From the IMG/VR virus record IMGVR_UViG_3300042454_000021, positions 48,926-112,925 of that record: a stretch of 64,000 nucleotides of DNA; one strand, written 5' to 3'. The notes below the pieces were generated by a model that had not been told where the DNA came from, searched no databases, and was given only the letters and a program-made list of their open reading frames with translations. The position numbers and the translations under genes were made by a program. This DNA is from a virus. Shown piece after piece: positions 38,080-46,937 of the stretch (the stretch's first letter is position 1; the number at the start of each line of letters is the position of its first letter).

Positions 38080-38668
38080 TTATATTTATTGGTTTAATTG
38101 TACTTCTAAATGTTAAAAACCATCTATCATCTTTTACATCCATTTTGGATAAAGAGTTTTCTATATGGCTAGGAAATAATAATATTTCATTATTAGAAAC
38201 AAGAATAATCTCTTTAGTTTGAGCATAAGGATTATTTACTAATAATTCAGAATTAATAAATGGCTTTGTGGATTTTATATTAGGCTTATAAAAGTTAACA
38301 ATTGCTCTATTATCTGGTATATCCATATAATACACACCTGACACTAAATAACCATCATTATAATCTATATTTGTTTCACCACCATTCATATTTCTATTAA
38401 TTCTACTCTCTGTAATCATGATATCTCTATCAATAGCTAATGCATTTACATAGAAATCCTTAAGTTGTTTCTCTATGTATGCTTTAAGCTTCTCCATACC
38501 TGGTAAATCTAAACAATATGATTCAACTGATTCAAAATGATTACCATTTTTATATCTAGGTTGACTATCAAGCTGTTTTAATTGTAACAGCTCATCTTCA
38601 AAATACTCCTGCACTCTAACTCTTTGCACTGGTGTAGGAAATAAACTTATGATTTCTAAATTCTGCAT
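38060..38668 (-). CDS. 2OG-Fe(II) oxygenase-like protein (TIGR02466 type) lacking the metal ligands
   Basis: LFPTPV, SGVYY, LLFPS; no HxH/D...H triad visible. Confidence 0.7.
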   Translation of the reverse strand: MQNLEIISLFPTPVQRVRVQEYFEDELLQLKQLDSQPRYKNGNHFESVESYCLDLPGMEKLKAYIEKQLKDFYVNALAIDRDIMITESRINRNMNGGETNIDYNDGYLVSGVYYMDIPDNRAIVNFYKPNIKSTKPFINSELLVNNPYAQTKEIILVSNNEILLFPSHIENSLSKMDVKDDRWFLTFRSTIKPININEYYVD

Positions 38669-38669
38669 A

Positions 38670-39113
38670 TTAAATCATTTCTTCATTATTAAACTTTGAT
38701 GATTCATCTTCGTAGTCATCTTCATAATCATCATACTCTTGATCAATATAAAATACTACACTGTCATCCTTTTCTAAAACTAATTCACCATCGCTATATG
38801 CAAGCACCTCAACATAACCTCTAGCAGAACAAAAATTCATTTGTTCTACAGATAGATTTATCTGATCTGGATATGCTACAATGATTGGTGCTACATCAGG
38901 ATTGCTACTTGTTCTCATGATGAGATGAGGCTGGACAGGAAGTCCATGCTTTTGAATATATGCTCCTTGATCTCTTGGTATTTTATCAAGTTCATATATA
39001 TGAACATATGGATGCTCTTGAACGAGTCCATCCATTGATACAAAATACATACCTTTCTCTAATTGGTCAGGATGGTACTCTGGGAATATTAGTTGTACGT
39101 TTACGTATTTCAT
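38670..39113 (-). CDS. Hypothetical protein with an acidic tail
   Basis: ORF within the operon. Confidence 0.6.
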   Translation of the reverse strand: MKYVNVQLIFPEYHPDQLEKGMYFVSMDGLVQEHPYVHIYELDKIPRDQGAYIQKHGLPVQPHLIMRTSSNPDVAPIIVAYPDQINLSVEQMNFCSARGYVEVLAYSDGELVLEKDDSVVFYIDQEYDDYEDDYEDESSKFNNEEMI

Positions 39114-39381
39114 TTGATTTCAAAGTTAATGATTTTTTCTTTTTCTTCACCTTTTGTATCACAAAATGTTTATTGAATATGGTTTTGTTGATATTATATG
39201 ACAACAAATCATTAACATACACTTTATAATATATACCATGAACACCACGTGGATGATATTCACAGATGTACGTACTGTCCTTACGATAGTATGTATCACA
39301 GTTGTATACATTACAATCTTCAATACATTTACATCTATCTATCTTTAATCCTTTTATCTTGATTGGCCTCTCTACACGCAT
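39067..39381 (-). CDS. Hypothetical protein
   Basis: ORF within the operon. Confidence 0.5.
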   Translation of the reverse strand: MRVERPIKIKGLKIDRCKCIEDCNVYNCDTYYRKDSTYICEYHPRGVHGIYYKVYVNDLLSYNINKTIFNKHFVIQKVKKKKKSLTLKSNEIRKRTTNIPRVPS

Positions 39382-39389
39382 ATCTGATT

Positions 39390-39773
39390 TTATCTACTAT
39401 CTTTTTGTAGCTCTTGTAGTTGATTTTGAAGCTCTGCAATCTTATTTAGTCTTCGTTGCTCACTAGACTCATCTGATTTTGCAATAAAGTCAATGATATC
39501 CTGTTTAGTACGCAAAATGATTTGATCTAATTCAGCATCACTGAGGTTTTCTACATCAATACTAACACCATTACTGATATAATCACCCTTTTGATAAAGA
39601 GTTATTTCCAGCTTTTTATTATTCATGAATGAAATAGCATAATATTCTATACCACTTCTTCTTACAGTTATCCAAGTGGACACGTCAATATATTGGTCAT
39701 CTATATTGTTGACCTGAATTGTACTACGTAATTGCTTAGCTAGTTTTAATAGCTCATTTAATTGATCTCTCAT
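39390..39773 (-). CDS. Hypothetical coiled-coil protein
   Basis: ORF preceded by the CACATTTTAAA leader motif. Confidence 0.6.
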   Translation of the reverse strand: MRDQLNELLKLAKQLRSTIQVNNIDDQYIDVSTWITVRRSGIEYYAISFMNNKKLEITLYQKGDYISNGVSIDVENLSDAELDQIILRTKQDIIDFIAKSDESSEQRRLNKIAELQNQLQELQKDSR

Positions 39774-39795
39774 GTCTATGCATGTTTAAAATGTG

Positions 39796-39834
39796 AAAAA
39801 ATAAAAGAGCTCAAGGACAATGTCCAAGAGCTCT
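39796..39834 (-). terminator. Intrinsic terminator
   Basis: agagctc..ggaca/tgtcc..gagctct stem plus a U tract. Confidence 0.7.
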
Positions 39835-39854
39835 ATGCATTCAACCTTTTAACC

Positions 39855-40016
39855 CTAATTCATAACTTTATAGCCTGTTGTTAATAGTTGTTTTAATAGG
39901 CTAATTTTAATCTTTACTACCACATAGTTATTGGCATAAACATAGTCATGCATCACTAATGGATAGTTCTTACACCAACACATATATTGTTGTAAGGGTA
40001 CGTTAAATGTTTTCAT
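39855..40016 (-). CDS. Hypothetical protein, 53 aa
   Basis: Translated manually; CACATTCTAAA leader motif. Confidence 0.45.
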   Translation of the reverse strand: MKTFNVPLQQYMCWCKNYPLVMHDYVYANNYVVVKIKISLLKQLLTTGYKVMN

Positions 40017-40063
40017 CTTTTTGATGATTTAGAATGTGTGAATAATTTATGTATTAGTGGCAG

Positions 40064-40216
40064 TTATTTCTTTGAACGTTCAAGTATGGCTATGGATATA
40101 CATACAAATGATATAAACATACATAACATTGTCATCCATATACTTCTTTGTTGTAATGATGCACCAAATGATAGCACTCCCACTGCCATTGGTAATATAT
40201 AATCTAATTTCTGCAT
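40064..40216 (-). CDS. Small two-TM protein, 50 aa
   Basis: Translated manually: MQKLDYILPMAVG... Confidence 0.5.
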   Translation of the reverse strand: MQKLDYILPMAVGVLSFGASLQQRSIWMTMLCMFISFVCISIAILERSKK

Positions 40217-40218
40217 AA

Positions 40219-40479
40219 CTAATTAGTTTCAAAGAATTCTATTTTACTAGGAGTACTAGTCATCTTCTTATAAATCAATTGAGCTTTAACAGCATTGATA
40301 GCTGTAGCATAAGCACTAACAGCAGCTTGTGCAGCTTTGATGTCTGCTGTCTTGTTGTATGTCTTGGTTAACTTGTCACCAATCTTCTGACATGCAATAC
40401 GTACATCATCCACTGTTACTGTTTCAGTATTGATTATTACTAACTCTAATACTTCTTGTTTTTTTACTTGCTTTTTCAT
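40219..40479 (-). CDS. Hypothetical helical protein
   Basis: ORF directly downstream of the zinc-finger repeat gene. Confidence 0.6.
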   Translation of the reverse strand: MKKQVKKQEVLELVIINTETVTVDDVRIACQKIGDKLTKTYNKTADIKAAQAAVSAYATAINAVKAQLIYKKMTSTPSKIEFFETN

Positions 40480-40487
40480 AATTGTTT

Positions 40488-41207
40488 TTATTTTTTAATT
40501 TGACGTGATAATAAAACTTGTTTTCTTTTAATTTCAATTAACTCTGGTGGTATATCTGCTCTTTTAATAGTTGTATTACCAGTTAACAAACCTTTAATAT
40601 AACTATCACCTACATTCTCTCTTATTTTATTCCTATGAGTACGATAACGATTATTAACTTTTTCTTTATTCTCGTTATAATATACTCTTGATCTTATTTT
40701 ATTATACTCATTATAAACTTCTTTTCTACGTTTTATTATAGGTTCCATGTGACATTTTTTACAGTGATGCATACCTTTGAGATATTCTATAACTGGTTTA
40801 TCAATAAAACATTTTGAACATTTTTTTATACCATCTATAATAGGAAACTTATAATTTTTCTTCATTCCCATCACTCTTCGATTTTTTTCATGATACTCAA
40901 GTGTACATAAAGAACAGTTAGCATATATTTTTCCATCTGCTTTCATATAATACTCAGAAACATGTTTATTTATATTACAAGCTGTACATTTTTTGTGATC
41001 ATCTATAATTGGATATCTTTTATTAACTTTTGCTCCTCTTGATCTACGTAAGTTATTAATATATTCAGCTTTACATTTTCTACAATTAGCCTCTGGTGTA
41101 GAAGATCCATTTTTATTATTTCTAATTTGATAGTCACAAACAGGTTTTATAATATGACACTTAGTACATTCTTTGTGACCATCAATAACTGCATATAATA
41201 GTTTCAT
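40488..41207 (-). CDS. Repeated CxxC zinc-finger protein (putative DNA-binding)
   Basis: Three IDxxKxCxxCxIxK...CxxC repeats; C-terminal DSYIK...DIPPELIE.KR. Confidence 0.7.
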   Translation of the reverse strand: MKLLYAVIDGHKECTKCHIIKPVCDYQIRNNKNGSSTPEANCRKCKAEYINNLRRSRGAKVNKRYPIIDDHKKCTACNINKHVSEYYMKADGKIYANCSLCTLEYHEKNRRVMGMKKNYKFPIIDGIKKCSKCFIDKPVIEYLKGMHHCKKCHMEPIIKRRKEVYNEYNKIRSRVYYNENKEKVNNRYRTHRNKIRENVGDSYIKGLLTGNTTIKRADIPPELIEIKRKQVLLSRQIKK

Positions 41208-41435
41208 AATGCTATATATTTACAAGGTTAAAAAAATTGATAGTTTTAAAAAGCCAGGTCTATCAACTGAGCACAATGATACAGATGGTGATGAAATACT
41301 TGTTAGTAAGACTTTCTTTCATCACCCTTCTTGTATTAACTTTTAGTTTTGGACACTACTGGTGGAAAGTTATTAAACCACCTCACGCATAGTACACTCA
41401 TCTAAGAACTACCAAAGACTTATGTCTAACTGTCG

Positions 41436-41535
41436 TAGTCAGGACAGGATTCGAACCTGTATGATGGTTGCTTTAAGATTACGTTTTCACCCTTCTTTCC
41501 ATCTAAGCTAGCGTCTACCATTTCGCCACCTGACT
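41436..41535 (-). tRNA. tRNA-like element (Leu-type D and T arms, non-canonical anticodon arm)
   Basis: AGTCAGG/CCTGACT acceptor stem, TGGCGAAATGGTAGACGC D-arm, ACAGG-TTCGAAT-CCTGT T-arm. Confidence 0.75.
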
Positions 41536-41548
41536 ATATAATATCCCT

Positions 41549-41666
41549 CTGCATTCAATTGTAATATAATAAGCTACCTCTAACATTTAGTCTTTTGAAC
41601 TAAACAGTCACTGTCCTGACCTATTACATTACAATTGCTATCCCTTGGGAAGATAGAATGATGCAT
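41549..41666. ncRNA. Candidate structured RNA upstream of the tRNA-like element
   Basis: Long caattgtaat.taatag/ctattacattacaattg stem plus a ctatc..gatag side hairpin. Confidence 0.4.
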
Positions 41667-41671
41667 TAAAT

Positions 41672-41693
41672 AAAAGGGAGAACAAGTCTCCCT
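41672..41693 (-). terminator. Intrinsic terminator
   Basis: agggaga/tctccct stem plus a U tract immediately after the stop codon. Confidence 0.6.
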
Positions 41694-41896
41694 CAATAAT
41701 ACTCCTCGTCTTGGTCAACATAACCAACTTCAGGAGACACATACCTCAATCCTTCTTGATTAGGCATATCATCAGAAACTAATCTCCAATGAAATGAACC
41801 AAGAGGAGATGAATTAATTATATGTTGAGCTTCTTCTATTGAATAGACAAACATTATATGTCTACCCATGTAATCATATATTTGATAAGTACTCAT
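41693..41896 (-). CDS. Small early protein
   Basis: ORF with an A-rich leader. Confidence 0.55.
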   Translation of the reverse strand: MSTYQIYDYMGRHIMFVYSIEEAQHIINSSPLGSFHWRLVSDDMPNQEGLRYVSPEVGYVDQDEEYY

Positions 41897-42222
41897 GTCT
41901 TTATTATTTAAAAGGTTAATGCTATATATTTTCAGTGTTCGTCACTATTATAGCGTTGGTTAAAAGGATATTATTACCTGTGATGGGTTACACTGCACTA
42001 TTTTTACACACAGATATATATAATTCTGATGCTATTTTACCATAAAAGTTTATTTCTCCCTAGGGACAAAGTGCAAAATAGCATTAGTTTATATACATCA
42101 GTGTAAATCCCACCCAACGTGCTACACTTCGTTCTTCACCCACCCTTATATATAAGGACTGTAATGGTAGGAGAGAGAACTTTCCCTCGAAGGTGCATTC
42201 CTTCTCTCTCCTATTATTCCAA

Positions 42223-42603
42223 TTACAATGTCACTGCAAGTAAACTGTCGATTGCTGATTGGCTTAATCCTGACTTACTTGCTTGCTCAGCTACTGCTTG
42301 CTTGATCTCGATGTCTAAGAATGCAGAATCAGCGTGAGCTTGCTTAATCTCATCACGAGTTTTGAATACTGACAATGCTGTTAAGCGTGAGCTTGTTGCA
42401 GTGATAGCACCATTAGCATCGATAGTGTCAATGTCCTTCTCTGTTGCAATAGCAAAGATTGGGAATTTAACATCAGCATCAGCTGTTGCTCCAATGGCTT
42501 CCATCTGACGTCCAAAAATGTGAACTCTTTCTCCTAATGCTGTGTAGCCTGAGAAATTGCCTGCTGTTGAGAACTTGCCATTGTTGATTACGTAATTTTT
42601 CAT
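42223..42603 (-). CDS. First gene of the minus-strand block (hypothetical early protein)
   Basis: Clean ORF with an A-rich leader. Confidence 0.7.
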   Translation of the reverse strand: MKNYVINNGKFSTAGNFSGYTALGERVHIFGRQMEAIGATADADVKFPIFAIATEKDIDTIDANGAITATSSRLTALSVFKTRDEIKQAHADSAFLDIEIKQAVAEQASKSGLSQSAIDSLLAVTL

Positions 42604-43054
42604 TTTTAATTATTTAGATTGTTTTCGTGTGCACTTTAACATGGGGGGCACACTCCATTCCCTAAAATCTCCTAGGGGTTGTGATATGATGTAACCTACC
42701 CTCTCACAGACACGAGGGGTGTGGGGGCTATAAAAAATTTTGGGTGGGAGTTAGCCAATGAAAAATTTCCTCTTGACAAATTTTTTATTTCAAAAAAGTT
42801 TCCTCATCTTTGGGGGGGAAAGGGGGGGCCTTCCTTTCACGTAAACAGAAACATCATGATAGATATTCGTTTTAATAATATTTCTAAGTTTGGACTAGGG
42901 TTTGAATATAGAGCTAAGGAGTTACATTATTATTCTATGAAGAGACTTGACATTCATCTTTTAATAATCACTATTTCATTTGTAATTACAAAATTTAATA
43001 TATAATATAGCAATGGAGATTATTCTCAGTGATTGAGATTCCAAGAATAATACA

Positions 43055-43062
43055 TATATTTG
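43055..43062 (+). promoter_or_regulatory. Bacteroidota-type -7 box TATATTTG
   Basis: 13 nt upstream of the first clear gene of the virion block. Confidence 0.55.
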
Positions 43063-43075
43063 CCACAAACTAAAT

Positions 43076-43438
43076 ATGGAAAACAGTAGCAAGAAGATTA
43101 TTGTCCAGAAGTTTCTTAGGAAAATAGAAGATAATTATGCTATGGCTGAAAAGTATTATAGTGTATTGTCTACAATTAATAATTTGAAGCTTACACAGAG
43201 AGAGGTGCAGCTTGTAGCATTCACAGCTATACGAGGGAACATTTCTTATTCTTCTATCAGAGAGGATTTCTGTAAGAAATACAATAGCACATCTCCTACA
43301 ATTAACAACATTATATCAAAGCTGAAGAGAATTGGTGTGTTTGTTAAGGATGGCTCGAAGATAAAGGTGAACCCAGTTATAATTCTTAATTTCTCTAATG
43401 ATATAACGTTAGAGGTAAAGATGGAGCATAATGAATAA
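43076..43438 (+). CDS. Winged-HTH-like protein
   Basis: LT.RE..L; S...INN.ISKLKR.G...K. Confidence 0.55.
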   Translation: MENSSKKIIVQKFLRKIEDNYAMAEKYYSVLSTINNLKLTQREVQLVAFTAIRGNISYSSIREDFCKKYNSTSPTINNIISKLKRIGVFVKDGSKIKVNPVIILNFSNDITLEVKMEHNE

Positions 43439-43784
43439 GCCACAGAGTATGTCACATAAGGAGTTTCTCATAAGGACATTAGCTGTAAAGCTGTCTGTAA
43501 ATGAGAAGGTGATAGAGGCTGTTGTTAATCATCAATTCCAGAGTGCTAATGAGGCTATGGATTTGAATCATTCTATAGAGCTTTCAGGATTTGGTAAGTT
43601 TATGCTGAATGTAAAGAAGGCACACAGAAAGATGGCTAAGCTTATAGGGAAAAGAGACACGTTTCAAGCTACAGTGGATGATGAAACGAAGACAGAAGCT
43701 GAAAGACTGAAAGCAAGTGTTGTAGTTAGTAAAACAATTGATCAAATAAATCTATTAAAACCAACAATAGACGCTCATGATTAA
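43431..43784 (+). CDS. HU/IHF-like DNA-binding protein
   Basis: LI..LA.K......IE.V......SIELSGFGKF. Confidence 0.75.
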   Translation: MNKPQSMSHKEFLIRTLAVKLSVNEKVIEAVVNHQFQSANEAMDLNHSIELSGFGKFMLNVKKAHRKMAKLIGKRDTFQATVDDETKTEAERLKASVVVSKTIDQINLLKPTIDAHD

Positions 43785-44070
43785 CTTTAAACAAGTTTAT
43801 GAGGGATATAAAAACCTCATTATTCCATCTGCTGATATGAAGGTGGCAATTAGTCAAGTGAGACAGGAAAGATTAAACCAATGTTTTGATTGTCCCTTTC
43901 ATTCTAAGTTCCATAAAACGCCTTTAAGGCCAGATGATCATTGCACAGAATGTGGATGTAATTTAGATGCAAAAACGTCATGTTTAACATGTGAATGCCC
44001 TAAGCAAAAATGGTTAGCTGTGGTTAGTACGATTGAAGAAGAAGCAGAGTTAAAAAAACAAACCATATAG
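43777..44070 (+). CDS. Cys-rich zinc-binding protein
   Basis: R...C..CP...C..CGC.L.AK......CP..KW. Confidence 0.7.
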   Translation: MINFKQVYEGYKNLIIPSADMKVAISQVRQERLNQCFDCPFHSKFHKTPLRPDDHCTECGCNLDAKTSCLTCECPKQKWLAVVSTIEEEAELKKQTI

Positions 44071-44071
44071 G

Positions 44072-44305
44072 ATGGCTATTATAAAGAAGGTTCCTCTTGA
44101 TGAAATTATAGATGTCTTTATGGACTTATATAATAAGGGTGTAGATTTTATTGATTTAATAGCCTCTGAAAAAGACAATAGAATCTCTGTCATATTCACA
44201 GAAGAATACATCAATCAAGAAGCTAAAGATGATTTCGAATTAGACAACAATGAAATCGATATAAACACTAAGCTGACAGATGAGGATTTTAACCAACTTA
44301 TATAA
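44072..44305 (+). CDS. Hypothetical acidic protein
   Basis: ORF within the operon. Confidence 0.6.
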   Translation: MAIIKKVPLDEIIDVFMDLYNKGVDFIDLIASEKDNRISVIFTEEYINQEAKDDFELDNNEIDINTKLTDEDFNQLI

Positions 44306-44583
44306 TGAAACCAAACTACTATGAAAAAATTCTTGCAGTTCTTACAGAATTAAAAGAAACATTCCCAACGTATAACCTAGGCAGACACATAGAAACAGCT
44401 CTAGATGGATATAAAGATGTGTGGGGAATGACAGATAAAGAGATGCATTGGGCACTCATCAAATACAAAGCACAAATCACGATGGATGTTCCTCATCCAG
44501 ATGAATCAGAGATAGATAAGATTATAAAGGATGGAATGCAGTTACACAATATACTGCATGAAGACGAAGAAGACCTAGACTAA
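44305..44583 (+). CDS. Hypothetical protein
   Basis: Coupled ORF. Confidence 0.6.
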   Translation: MKPNYYEKILAVLTELKETFPTYNLGRHIETALDGYKDVWGMTDKEMHWALIKYKAQITMDVPHPDESEIDKIIKDGMQLHNILHEDEEDLD

Positions 44584-44584
44584 C

Positions 44585-44926
44585 ATGGCAGCACCAAAGA
44601 AAACTACATATATTAATACAGAGCTCGAATGGGCTGAAGAACAATTAAAATCTTGGAGACAGTATGTGGATGCAAATCCCATGCATGAGCTAAAAGATAG
44701 AATTGAGTGGAAACCAACAGCAAAAGGTGGTGTAATGCCCATGGTTATTGCCTCTATTGAGGCTCAGGGCAAGTTCATCCAAGAGACAATGAAGAACTAT
44801 TTAGCTCTTCTCGAAGTGGTGGATAAACTACGTGAGAAAGAAGAGGCTAAAGTGGAAGTGAGGGGTGGTGTAAGTATGAGCTCTAAAGCTGAGAAATGGT
44901 TAAAGCAACGTAATGAAACTACATAA
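44585..44926 (+). CDS. Terminase small subunit candidate
   Basis: Helical protein overlapping the TerL start; C-terminal VRGG. Confidence 0.45.
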   Translation: MAAPKKTTYINTELEWAEEQLKSWRQYVDANPMHELKDRIEWKPTAKGGVMPMVIASIEAQGKFIQETMKNYLALLEVVDKLREKEEAKVEVRGGVSMSSKAEKWLKQRNETT

Positions 44927-46937
44927 GGTTGATTATAAAGATTGGTTGATGAATCAGAAGCGTCTACCCACACCTGGCAGTGTTGAGTATGATGCTTTTT
45001 ATGCATTTCATGAGGAGCTTTGTAAGAATGGTTGTATGATGGGAGACACCTACATTAACCCATTCCTCTACTGGCATCTTAATGCATGGCATACAGAGAT
45101 TGACGTTATAGATGATTATGGTAGAATAGCACAGAAATATGCTAACCCATCCTTAAGAGATAATGAGTGGATAGTGAGCTCTGAGATTGATAGAGCACAG
45201 AAGGAGAAAAAGGGCTTAGTTATCCTTGGTATTCGACGTTTTGCTAAGTCTGTTCTAGAGGCATCGTATGTGTCACATGGGGCAACGTTTGATGAGAACT
45301 CACAGAACATTATAGCTGGCCTAAATGCAGCTGATATAAAGCTAATTACAGACAAGATTGACAAAGGATTAAACTATCTACCAGAGGCATGGAAATGGCA
45401 ACGTGTAGAGGATAATTGGAAGAACCAAGTGACGCTTGGTATAAAGACAAGAGGAGGAGAACGTATTCCCTTCTCACAAATATTAATACGTAACTTAGAC
45501 GAAGGTAATAACGAAGAAGCTATTGCTGGTACAAAACCTAGAAGATTAATTATAGATGAAATTGGTAAAGGAAATTTCCTACGAGGCTTTCAAGCAGCTG
45601 TCCCTGGCTTCACAACACCCTTTGGTTGGGGCTGCTCACCAATTCTTACTGGCACTGGTGGGGATATGAAGAAATTTATGGATGCCAAGAGCTTAATGTT
45701 CGATGTTGGCAACTATAACTTCTTAGAGTATAATAATGCTAAAGATGAAAAACGTATACATGGACTATTCATCTCTCACAAGTTTAGAATGGAAGCCAAG
45801 TATGAAAGTTCTCTTGGTGCATATTTAAATCTACCAAAGAAGAACGATTTACACAATGTAAAGATGATGGTGAGTGATGAAGAACTTGCCACAAAGATAA
45901 CTAATGACAATCTCGAAAGGCTTAAGAAAGCTGGAGATAGACTTGCATATTTAAAAGAGAAGATGTACTATCCACAAGAAGTGGATGATATATTCTTAAA
46001 CGAGGATAGTAACATATTTGATATAGAGGGAGCAAAACGACAAAAGGCCAGACTTCTAGCTAATGAACGTACTGGTACGCCTGTTGTGCTATATGATGAT
46101 GGTGATGGTATAAAGCATGAGTTTACAGACAAAATGCCCATCACCAACTTCCCTCTTAAGAATACAGATCATAAGGATGCTCCTATAGTTATATATGAGT
46201 TTCCTGTAGAAAATCCTCCTTATGGGTTATATGTAGCTGGAGTCGATCCATATCGTCAAGGTAAAGCTGCTTATTCAACATCATTAGGAGCTGTATACAT
46301 CTATAAGAGGATGCATGCAATCACAGGTGAGAAGTATCAAGATATGTTTGTAGCTTCGTATTGTGCTCGTCCTGATAAGAAGGAAGTTTGGGAAGAACAA
46401 GCTAGACTCTTGATTAAATATTATAATGCTAGAGCATTGTGTGAGAATGATGAGGTTTCGTTTATTGATTACATGATTTCTAAGAACGATGCTCACTATT
46501 TAGAGAAGCAGCCTGAGTGGTTGAAAGAAGTGGTACCTAACACTACTGTGAGACGTGACTATGGTATACATCGTTCAGCAGAGAAGATTAGAGACTTCTT
46601 ACATGGATGTCTTAAGAAGTATACAGAACAAACTCTCCTTGTTGAAAAGAATGAAGCAGGGGAAATAACTAATGAGAAGAAAGGTATGGTGAAGATATTC
46701 GATCCTGTCCTTTTGGAAGAAATGATTCAGTATAATGAAGATGGTAACTTTGATAGAATCATCGCAGCTGAATTAGCAGTAGCATTAGCTATGAAAATGG
46801 ATCCTATTATGGGAAGAGTGGGATCTTCAGGAGATGCTAGAATAATGGCTATGCATCCAAGAATTAAGAAAAATAAATTGTTTGATGAGTCCAGAGGGCT
46901 TTTCAATAATAGACCTAAACAAAAACTGTTTACATAA
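44913..46937 (+). CDS. terL: Terminase large subunit
   Basis: RRFAKS Walker A variant, IIDEIG, GTGG, YYP, AGVDPY, GNFDRI. Confidence 0.92.
   Translation: MKLHKVDYKDWLMNQKRLPTPGSVEYDAFYAFHEELCKNGCMMGDTYINPFLYWHLNAWHTEIDVIDDYGRIAQKYANPSLRDNEWIVSSEIDRAQKEKKGLVILGIRRFAKSVLEASYVSHGATFDENSQNIIAGLNAADIKLITDKIDKGLNYLPEAWKWQRVEDNWKNQVTLGIKTRGGERIPFSQILIRNLDEGNNEEAIAGTKPRRLIIDEIGKGNFLRGFQAAVPGFTTPFGWGCSPILTGTGGDMKKFMDAKSLMFDVGNYNFLEYNNAKDEKRIHGLFISHKFRMEAKYESSLGAYLNLPKKNDLHNVKMMVSDEELATKITNDNLERLKKAGDRLAYLKEKMYYPQEVDDIFLNEDSNIFDIEGAKRQKARLLANERTGTPVVLYDDGDGIKHEFTDKMPITNFPLKNTDHKDAPIVIYEFPVENPPYGLYVAGVDPYRQGKAAYSTSLGAVYIYKRMHAITGEKYQDMFVASYCARPDKKEVWEEQARLLIKYYNARALCENDEVSFIDYMISKNDAHYLEKQPEWLKEVVPNTTVRRDYGIHRSAEKIRDFLHGCLKKYTEQTLLVEKNEAGEITNEKKGMVKIFDPVLLEEMIQYNEDGNFDRIIAAELAVALAMKMDPIMGRVGSSGDARIMAMHPRIKKNKLFDESRGLFNNRPKQKLFT

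Noticed and set aside
41340-41435. Theta/HDV-like ribozyme directly 3' of the tRNA-like element
   Set aside because: I could not assemble the nested double pseudoknot by eye; retained only as a generic structured region
42721-43005. 94-aa GTG-start ORF
   Set aside because: Its 5' half runs through G tracts; at most the part from about 42856 could be a short gene, so support is too weak
14834-46937. Inteins or group I/II introns in RNR, PolB, helicase or TerL
   Set aside because: The ORFs are continuous and of ordinary length, with no intein or LAGLIDADG motifs
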